A DNA stretch of 52,429 bases from a virus. Its lineage: Duplodnaviria > Caudoviricetes. Below are positions 8,693 to 15,651 of the stretch, in pieces. Location of the stretch: positions 1-52,429 of the IMG/VR virus record IMGVR_UViG_3300049489_000174; one strand, given 5' to 3'. Within the stretch, counting starts at the first letter, position 1. Each line of letters starts with the position of its first letter. The translations under genes and the position numbers were made by a program. The notes beneath the pieces were generated by a model, which saw only the letters and a list, made by a program, of their open reading frames with translations, was not told where the DNA came from and made no database searches.

Positions 8693-10516
8693 ATGTTCTC
8701 CGTAGATATGTTCAGTGCTACTGAGCTTATTTTAGTTCCAGATGCTTACGATCCTGTTGAGCATTCAAAGTTTCAAGGCTTTACAGAACGTAAGTGGGCT
8801 AATAATTCTGACTACAAAGGTTGGATTGTACCTTGCAATCCTAAGTCAGTAGAATATCTGAATAGCGTATGGCGTGAGAATGCTGACTTCACTCTAAGTG
8901 AATCAGCACGCATGATGATTATGTTTGAGACATTGACTAATAAGGTCAATGCTAAGAAAAGTATCAAGCGTTGGGAGTATTTATTTGATGATAAGATTAC
9001 TGATTTCTGCTACCCGTCGAACCGTCGGCCCTTTGACCATCAACGTGTAGCAGTAGAAGCAATGTATGGTGCTGAGTATTTCGGACTACTCATGGAAATG
9101 GGTACAGGAAAGACAAAGTGCATTGTAGATGAGTTAAAGCTATATCAAATTAAGATGAATGAGCAGAAAGAGATGTTACGCTGTATCATTGGTTGCCCTA
9201 AAGCACTAATGGTAAACTGGAAGCGCGAACTAGAATCAGAACTCAATACCTGTGGCGACTGTGTAATTGAGATTCTTAACAAGGGTGATTTCAAAGCTAT
9301 TGAGCAAGTATACTCATGCATGAAGTCTAAAGCATCTACAAAGGTGCTAATCGTATCTTATGACTCCTTTGCCACCCTTCTCAAAATCTTGCTTGCTTTC
9401 AAGCCGGTTTATCTATGCTGCGATGAGTCTCATTATCTTAAGAATGGAGAATCGCAGCGATGGAGGGCCGTTAATGAAGTTGCTAAGAATACTTCGATAC
9501 GACGGATTCTTACAGGTACACCAGTCTCTAATAATATTCTGGACGTATTCTCACAATTCCAACTGTTACGTCCCGGTTGTCTTGGATTTAACACATATAA
9601 TGCCTTCAAGAGAGAGTATGCAGAAGTAGAATCTACTGGACAATTCGAGAAGATTACAGGGTTTAAGAACGTCGAACGCTTAAAAGAGAATATGGCTGCT
9701 ATCTCTTTTATCGTTAAGAAAGATCGTTGCTTAGACCTTCCAGCTAAGATGTATGAAACAGTAGCTATTGAGATGCCTGCTAATGTTCGCGATATTTATG
9801 AAGAATTTTCTAATAACTTCTATGTTGCTCTAGCTGGCACAGATCAGGAAGTTACTACTGAATACATCATTGTTCAGATGTTAAAGCTGTGCCAGATTTG
9901 CTCTGGATACGTCGTATCGCAGGATATGAATACCACAGAAACCACAATTGACGCCGATGGTAATATCGTTCCTAAGGTTATCACTAATCTAACAGAGATT
10001 CCTGGTGGTGATTACAAGCTAGAACAGATGCTTGATGATATTGAAGAAGCTGTGCCAGAGGGTAAAGTTATTGTATGGGCTAGATTTAATCATGATATTC
10101 TACGTATCGTCGAGCGTTTGAAAGCTAGAGGTATTCGTGGCTGCCCTTTCTACGGTGCGACGTCTGGTAAAGAACGTCAACAATACATTGATGACTTTAA
10201 TGGTGAATCTGATCTAGATGTATTCGTAGCTAACGCTGGTGCTGGTGGCGTAGGTCTAACACTACTAGGCCCAGCCAGTAAAACAGTTAAGACTGTTTAT
10301 TACTACAATAATGATTTCAGCTACGGCAAGCGCAATCAATCAGAGGACCGTTGCCATCGTATTGGCTTAAAGAATCCTATTCTGTATAAAGATTACTGTT
10401 ACGCTAATAGCATTGAAGAATACATTGCTACGAAGTTACAGCAAAAGAAAGACCTATCTGATGCTGTTAAGAATGTAGGCGAGATTAAAGAACTACTCCT
10501 AGCCAATCGAGGATAA
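8693..10516 (+). CDS. SNF2-family SF2 helicase/ATPase
   Basis: MEMGTGKT, DESH, LTGTP, GGVGLTL, QSEDRCHRIG motifs. Confidence 0.95.
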   Translation: MFSVDMFSATELILVPDAYDPVEHSKFQGFTERKWANNSDYKGWIVPCNPKSVEYLNSVWRENADFTLSESARMMIMFETLTNKVNAKKSIKRWEYLFDDKITDFCYPSNRRPFDHQRVAVEAMYGAEYFGLLMEMGTGKTKCIVDELKLYQIKMNEQKEMLRCIIGCPKALMVNWKRELESELNTCGDCVIEILNKGDFKAIEQVYSCMKSKASTKVLIVSYDSFATLLKILLAFKPVYLCCDESHYLKNGESQRWRAVNEVAKNTSIRRILTGTPVSNNILDVFSQFQLLRPGCLGFNTYNAFKREYAEVESTGQFEKITGFKNVERLKENMAAISFIVKKDRCLDLPAKMYETVAIEMPANVRDIYEEFSNNFYVALAGTDQEVTTEYIIVQMLKLCQICSGYVVSQDMNTTETTIDADGNIVPKVITNLTEIPGGDYKLEQMLDDIEEAVPEGKVIVWARFNHDILRIVERLKARGIRGCPFYGATSGKERQQYIDDFNGESDLDVFVANAGAGGVGLTLLGPASKTVKTVYYYNNDFSYGKRNQSEDRCHRIGLKNPILYKDYCYANSIEEYIATKLQQKKDLSDAVKNVGEIKELLLANRG

Positions 10517-10520
10517 TAAC

Positions 10521-10754
10521 ATGAGCAAACGAATCTTAGGTATCGAAGTATCTTCCATCTACAAAGATGTTGCTGCTGGACTAGCTCATATGGATAATAC
10601 AGAGCAAGCCGAGTTCTTCGGTATATTTGCCGATGAACTTAAAGATGCTTGTGGAACTACCTATCATACAGAGGTGCAGATGCTCGATGTAGCTAAGGAA
10701 ATGACTTTAGAACAACTGGATGTATTTAAGATTCTTAATAGCGAAAGGCAATAA
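10521..10754 (+). CDS. hypothetical protein
   Basis: SD GAGGA. Confidence 0.75.
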   Translation: MSKRILGIEVSSIYKDVAAGLAHMDNTEQAEFFGIFADELKDACGTTYHTEVQMLDVAKEMTLEQLDVFKILNSERQ

Positions 10755-11327
10755 ATGCTAAACAGTAATGACATATTAAAGAAGTTAGAATGTGGCGGTA
10801 TCAAAGCGTACTACAAGAATACACCTGTAAGTAAGGATTTTCTTACAATCAATCCTAACAGTGTTGATGTTACTTTAGGTGCTAGTGTACTACGTATTGA
10901 TCCTAGTGTCGAAGTTATTGATGTATTAGATAATACTTCGTTACGATGGTACGAAGATATTATTCGTCCAGAGGGTATGCTTATTATGCCAGATGAGTTT
11001 CTGCTTGCTACAGTAAATGAAAGATTTTCTTGTGGTAATGCTATTACTCAAATGTACGAAGGTCGCAGTACCATCGCTCGTATAGGCTTATTCACACATA
11101 TATGTGCTGGATTTGGTGACATTGGTTTCGACGGAAATTTTACACTAGAGTTAAAGAATGTAAGTAACAAACCAATTAAGGTATATCCTGATATTCGTAT
11201 TGGACAAGTAGCATTTATAGAGACTAAGAGTTTTCTATCTAATGAAGAATTATATCTTGGTGCTTATCGTCATCAGTATGATCGACCATTGCCACCTGTT
11301 CTAGGTGAAGATCGGATGTTCCAATGA
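10755..11327 (+). CDS. dcd: dCTP deaminase
   Basis: NPNSVDVTLG, EGRSTIARIGL, AGFGDIGFDGNFTLEL, RIGQ motifs. Confidence 0.92.
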   Translation: MLNSNDILKKLECGGIKAYYKNTPVSKDFLTINPNSVDVTLGASVLRIDPSVEVIDVLDNTSLRWYEDIIRPEGMLIMPDEFLLATVNERFSCGNAITQMYEGRSTIARIGLFTHICAGFGDIGFDGNFTLELKNVSNKPIKVYPDIRIGQVAFIETKSFLSNEELYLGAYRHQYDRPLPPVLGEDRMFQ

Positions 11328-11430
11328 GTAAATCATGGCTTGATCGTCAAATAGAAAAGCTGCCTCCTGAAAAGCAAAAGAAAGTACACCAGTTATCTAA
11401 GAAGATAATTAAAAATAATAAGGATAAGAA

Positions 11431-11754
11431 ATGAGTAAAGTTATTATTCTTGTAAATAAACATAATGAAGACTACTCTGCACTAAAGGAGTTCGGAGAAA
11501 TAGAGTTTGCTTATCAATCAGTGAATAAAGCATATGATAACTACGATGACTTTATTGACCGACTGACTAAGTTGTTTGAAGAAACTACTTATGATGATAA
11601 AGTTGTTTTGAATGGGCCAGCTTGGTTGATTGGATTTGCTAGTTATTTGTGGCTAACACGAAACTTACCTGCGATCGTCGGTTCTGCTACAGGTATTATT
11701 CATTTTAACTCTAACAAGGCTAAGTATTATGAAGTACAAGCCTCTAACATTTAA
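11431..11754 (+). CDS. hypothetical alpha/beta protein
   Basis: SD AAGGA; 107 aa. Confidence 0.7.
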   Translation: MSKVIILVNKHNEDYSALKEFGEIEFAYQSVNKAYDNYDDFIDRLTKLFEETTYDDKVVLNGPAWLIGFASYLWLTRNLPAIVGSATGIIHFNSNKAKYYEVQASNI

Positions 11755-11763
11755 AACTAAGTC

Positions 11764-12093
11764 ATGACACAAATAGATGTACTATTCTGGTTTACAGGTA
11801 TCATGATATGGGTTACCATATCAGTTGTGCTAGCTACAATAGTAGTTGTGGTTAGCACATACATAGTAGTTACAGCTAGGCAAAGGGTTAAGAACTGGTG
11901 TATGATTAGATATATAATGAAGTATGATATAAGTCTTGACGACATGGATGATATTAGGAACGCTTGTGATTATGCTAGTTACAAACATGGAAAGCCATTT
12001 AAGGATAAGAAGGATTGCTATGATTGGATTTTATGTGTAGCAGAGAACTTCAAACATAGAAAATCATTAGATAATAACAAGGAAACACCATGA
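11764..12093 (+). CDS. membrane-anchored hypothetical protein
   Basis: N-terminal hydrophobic helix. Confidence 0.65.
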   Translation: MTQIDVLFWFTGIMIWVTISVVLATIVVVVSTYIVVTARQRVKNWCMIRYIMKYDISLDDMDDIRNACDYASYKHGKPFKDKKDCYDWILCVAENFKHRKSLDNNKETP

Positions 12094-12602
12094 ACCTAAC
12101 ATCAAAACAAGTAGAAGAAGCAACAGTAGAAAAATGTAATGCTTTAGAGAAGATCATTAATGATTTATCTGAAACCATCGACCCGTTGGTATTTGGTACT
12201 GGTCAAGCAGACCTAGATGTACAACTACGCCTATACATTACAATGGATTTCCTATTAGATACTTGCTCAAGGCTAACTAAGATTTGTAATACTAATCAGC
12301 CTATTGTTGCTGAACGCGCACAGAAGTTAATGGTTGAGCGTGACATGGATAGTATTGAAATGTTCGGTAAGAAGTTTTCACCTGATACAAAGACATATGT
12401 ATCAGTGAACGCTGCTAATAAGCCAGGAATTATTGCATGGTTACAGAAGCAAGAGTCTGGTAAAGAGCTAGTTAAACTAGACTTCAATGCTAAGTCCTTT
12501 GAATCTTATATAAAGAAAGAGATTCTGGATAAAGGTGCAGAAGTACCAGAAGGTGTGTCATGCTTCGATAAACCAATACTCACTGTTAGAAAGTCTCGGT
12601 GA
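12090..12602 (+). CDS. phage replication-module protein of unknown function
   Basis: SD AAGGA; IIAWLQ...LVK...VPEGV pattern; near the SSB-like gene. Confidence 0.65.
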   Translation: MNLTSKQVEEATVEKCNALEKIINDLSETIDPLVFGTGQADLDVQLRLYITMDFLLDTCSRLTKICNTNQPIVAERAQKLMVERDMDSIEMFGKKFSPDTKTYVSVNAANKPGIIAWLQKQESGKELVKLDFNAKSFESYIKKEILDKGAEVPEGVSCFDKPILTVRKSR

Positions 12603-12605
12603 TGT

Positions 12606-12797
12606 ATGGGTTGCGATTGTATTAAGAGTACAATCACACAGATAAACAAAGGAAACCTTGATGAAGTAACAAAGAAAGCAAAGATGAAAACAGTATGCCC
12701 TAGGTGTACTAGTAACATGACGATCAATCACAACAAAGGAACCGTCGAATGCTTGAGTCCAACGTGTGGTTATTCCATTCCATTATCGCAGTGGTAA
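12606..12797 (+). CDS. small zinc-ribbon protein
   Basis: CDC, CPRC and CLSPTC cysteines. Confidence 0.6.
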   Translation: MGCDCIKSTITQINKGNLDEVTKKAKMKTVCPRCTSNMTINHNKGTVECLSPTCGYSIPLSQW

Positions 12798-13039
12798 TAC
12801 TAGTGCTTGCTGGCAAATCACTTACAGGATACTTAACTAGTAGTGATCTATTAGAGAAACTTCGATTGAAGTATCCTATCTTTCATCAGAAGCCTTTCTC
12901 TTGTGCATACTGTATGAGTTTTTGGGTATCAGCATTAATGGGATTATTCTGGTGCTACTTCTTTGGATACTATAATCCTATTGTATTTATGTGCATATGG
13001 TTTGCTATTCATAGAATGATTATGCAAGCGTACTGGTAA
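12749..13039 (+). CDS. DUF1360-like membrane protein
   Basis: TM helices around CAYCMSFW (CxxCxxxW). Confidence 0.6.
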   Translation: MLESNVWLFHSIIAVVILVLAGKSLTGYLTSSDLLEKLRLKYPIFHQKPFSCAYCMSFWVSALMGLFWCYFFGYYNPIVFMCIWFAIHRMIMQAYW

Positions 13040-13047
13040 AGTTTTTC

Positions 13048-13075
13048 TTGACTTTTAGATAAAGTATGGTATAAT
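13048..13075 (+). promoter_or_regulatory. sigma70-type promoter TTGACT-N16-TATAAT
   Basis: intergenic, upstream of the replication operon. Confidence 0.85.
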
Positions 13076-13148
13076 GAAAATCCATGCCTCAAACGGGCAT
13101 GCAACCCCGTTACTTCTAGGCAAGTAACACAACGAACGAAAGAATCCA

Positions 13149-13907
13149 ATGAGTAACGAACTATCTATCTACAACGGAGCCGAAGATTTCGCTGACATGC
13201 GCCAGAGTGATATTCTCACTCCACGCATTAAGCTCATGCAATTCACATCACAAGAAGTTAAAACACGTAAGCGTAATGCTGGCGAGTTCGTATCACAAGT
13301 CGATAACGGTGTATTAATTCCAGCTGATAAGTCTAGCTTAGTAGTTCCACTAATGTTCTGGCTACAGTGGATTGAATGGAACCCTGATCGTGCAGCACCA
13401 AAGGATAAGTTAATTTTGGATCAATCAACTGACCCACGCGGAGCTTTGGCTAAGCGTGCAGAATCATTTGAGAAGATACAAACTAAGAACGGTCCTAAGC
13501 TGGCAGTAACAGAGAACTATAATTTCCTTCTAGCACTACCAGAGATCAGTGGTAACTACACTGATATTTATATTTATAGCTTTGCTCGTAGCTCGCATAA
13601 GATTGGTAAGACTTGGCTTAACCGTATGCAGCGTATTCGTCATGGTGGTAATATTGCGCCTATCTGGATGCATGCATGGCCTCTGTCATCTAAGGTAGAG
13701 AAGAAAGAGAATGACGAATACTGCGTTCCTGTGATCGGTGATGCACAACAGATTCCACAGGATTCATGGGATCAGTTGAATGAGTTGTCTAAGCAATTGA
13801 AATCACGTAAGGCAGAGATGGCTGCCCGTGCTGCTGCATCAGAAACTAGTGAACATGCAGAAGGTGAAGGTAATCAAGCTAAGACTGGCGAGCAACCGCC
13901 GTTTTGA
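13149..13907 (+). CDS. putative single-stranded DNA-binding protein
   Basis: DILTPRIKLMQ..S N-terminus; low-complexity acidic tail ending in PPF; heads the replication operon. Confidence 0.65.
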   Translation: MSNELSIYNGAEDFADMRQSDILTPRIKLMQFTSQEVKTRKRNAGEFVSQVDNGVLIPADKSSLVVPLMFWLQWIEWNPDRAAPKDKLILDQSTDPRGALAKRAESFEKIQTKNGPKLAVTENYNFLLALPEISGNYTDIYIYSFARSSHKIGKTWLNRMQRIRHGGNIAPIWMHAWPLSSKVEKKENDEYCVPVIGDAQQIPQDSWDQLNELSKQLKSRKAEMAARAAASETSEHAEGEGNQAKTGEQPPF

Positions 13908-14066
13908 TGATAACTATTCTTTAGTTATAATTGATGATGTGTGAGCCTCTAGTAAGCTAGTGATAATCATTCACAGCAATGTAATAACACTAAAGAGCAA
14001 CCACACCTTGGCAGTAACTAACTAGACGTAGGAAGTTACTATTAACGATAAATAATTGCTATGGCT

Positions 14067-14112
14067 ATTCTAGTTTGCCGGGTCCTAGAATTAAAATATA
14101 TAATACCCGGCA
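14067..14112 (+). ncRNA. H-type RNA pseudoknot immediately 5' of the tRNA
   Basis: S1 ATTCTAG(14067-73)/CTAGAAT(14085-91); S2 TGCCGGGT(14076-83)/ACCCGGCA(14105-12); loops UU, C and A-rich 13 nt. Confidence 0.6.
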
Positions 14113-14117
14113 CATAT

Positions 14118-14190
14118 CCACCTGTAGCTCAGCGGTTAGAGCAGCGGCCTTATAAGCCGTTGGTCGATGGTTCGATTCCATCCAGGTGGA
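14118..14190 (+). tRNA. tRNA-Ile(UAU)
   Basis: acceptor CCACCTG/CAGGTGG; D arm GCTC/GAGC; anticodon stem GCGGC/GCCGT with loop CT-TAT-AA (anticodon 14151-53); T arm GATGG-TTCGATT-CCATC; discriminator A; CCA not encoded in register. Confidence 0.92.
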
Positions 14191-14209
14191 CTCCACCCTA
14201 GGAAACAAA

Positions 14210-15031
14210 ATGACTATTGAAGCTAAGATTATCTGTGACTCACAAGCATTCACAGCTGGTCCAAGACTAACAACGTTCGTACTTCGTTATCCACGATTCA
14301 TACATGCCGAGTTTATGACTCATCGTATGTTTAGTAGGAATGCATCTAGTAGTCGTGCTATTCCTATAGAGAAGATGATTGAAATAATTATTAATGATCC
14401 GGCTATGCCAATATATTGGGGCAAGAATCAGAGCGGCATGCAAGCTAAAGAAGAACTAGATGCCGAGAAGATTGCATATGCTAAGTCTATGTGGCTCGCT
14501 GCTATGAATGATGCAGTAGCTAATACAAAAGTTATGCTTGCATTAGGACTACATAAACAGATTACTAATCGTATCTTAGAACCTTGGCAACACATTACAG
14601 TTGTGTGTTCTGCTACTACTTACAAGAACTTCTTTAAGCTACGTTGCCATCCTGACGCACAACCAGAGATTGCTGAACTAGCACGTCAGATGCGTGATCT
14701 ATACAATAGCACTGAGCCTAAAGAAACAAAGTTCCATCTTCCATTTATCAAAGATGATGAACTACTAGAACATGACTCAGATACTTTGATTAAGTGCTCC
14801 GTCGCCCGTTGTGCCAGAGTATCATATCTAAATCATGATGGTACTAATCCAAGTATAGAAAAAGACATTGTACTACATGATCGTCTATGTGCTAACAATC
14901 CAGGCCACTTCTCACCTTTTGAGCACGTAGCAGAAGCACAAGATTATGCAAACCGTAATAAGTTTGATAAGAACTTTCAAGGTTGGGTACAATATCGTTC
15001 AACATTCAAGCATGAAAGCGGTCTACTATGA
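14210..15031 (+). CDS. thyX: FAD-dependent thymidylate synthase
   Basis: THRMFSRNASSSRAIP signature; HKQ..NR.LEPW; AQPEI; HFSPFEH. Confidence 0.92.
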   Translation: MTIEAKIICDSQAFTAGPRLTTFVLRYPRFIHAEFMTHRMFSRNASSSRAIPIEKMIEIIINDPAMPIYWGKNQSGMQAKEELDAEKIAYAKSMWLAAMNDAVANTKVMLALGLHKQITNRILEPWQHITVVCSATTYKNFFKLRCHPDAQPEIAELARQMRDLYNSTEPKETKFHLPFIKDDELLEHDSDTLIKCSVARCARVSYLNHDGTNPSIEKDIVLHDRLCANNPGHFSPFEHVAEAQDYANRNKFDKNFQGWVQYRSTFKHESGLL

Positions 15032-15651
15032 AAACTTTACTCGTCGGTATCTGCGGTAAGAAAGGTAGTGGTAAGACACTATTTGCTAATAATCTAGAGT
15101 TAGATTTGAATACTCACAACAGTTACCGTCGTTTACAGGTAGATCGTTATTCATTTGCACAGCCTTTGAAGCAAGTATGTCATATACTATTTGGTGGTGA
15201 TGAGCAAGGATGGTTTGGTACTGACGAGGATAAGAATAAGAAACTACCATTCTTCGCTGATAAGTGTAGCAAAGTACCGACGTACCGTCGTGCTATGCAA
15301 GTAGTAGGTACTGATCTATTTCGTAACAATCTATATCAGAGCATCTGGACTGATATAGCATATAATACAATCTTCAACTTCCCTGAGGAACTACAACCAG
15401 AGATTACTATTATCGACGATATACGTTTTAAGAATGAAGCTGAGTTCGTAACTAACAATGGTGGCATCACTGTATATATTGAGCGCAATACTAATACACC
15501 AACTGACTGGCATGCATCAGAACAGATGCACAAAGGTATGCATAAGTTCGATTACTGTTTCGACGATGTTGGTAATCGTTGGGTGCATGAGGCTTCTATT
15601 GTATCACACGACGTAATTAACAGGATCGAAAAGGCACATGAAACACCGTGA
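15028..15651 (+). CDS. deoxynucleoside monophosphate kinase
   Basis: GICGKKGSGKT P-loop, SFAQPLK, R..MQ.VGTD, IDDIRFKNE, HASE. Confidence 0.9.
   Translation: MKTLLVGICGKKGSGKTLFANNLELDLNTHNSYRRLQVDRYSFAQPLKQVCHILFGGDEQGWFGTDEDKNKKLPFFADKCSKVPTYRRAMQVVGTDLFRNNLYQSIWTDIAYNTIFNFPEELQPEITIIDDIRFKNEAEFVTNNGGITVYIERNTNTPTDWHASEQMHKGMHKFDYCFDDVGNRWVHEASIVSHDVINRIEKAHETP

Noticed and set aside
14067-14112. Theta/HDV-like ribozyme next to the tRNA
   Set aside because: No P3, P1.1, P4 or catalytic C junction on either strand, and it lies 5' rather than 3' of the tRNA
14065-14253. 62-aa minus-strand ORF and the extended ThyX start at 14186
   Set aside because: Both overlap the tRNA; ThyX more plausibly starts at ATG 14210 after AGGA
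10755-15651. Hypermodified-base (dU/hmU/dZ/7-deazaG) pathway
   Set aside because: dcd + thyX + dNMP kinase fit ordinary dTTP synthesis; no PurZ, Que/Dpd, hydroxymethylase or glycosyltransferase motifs were seen
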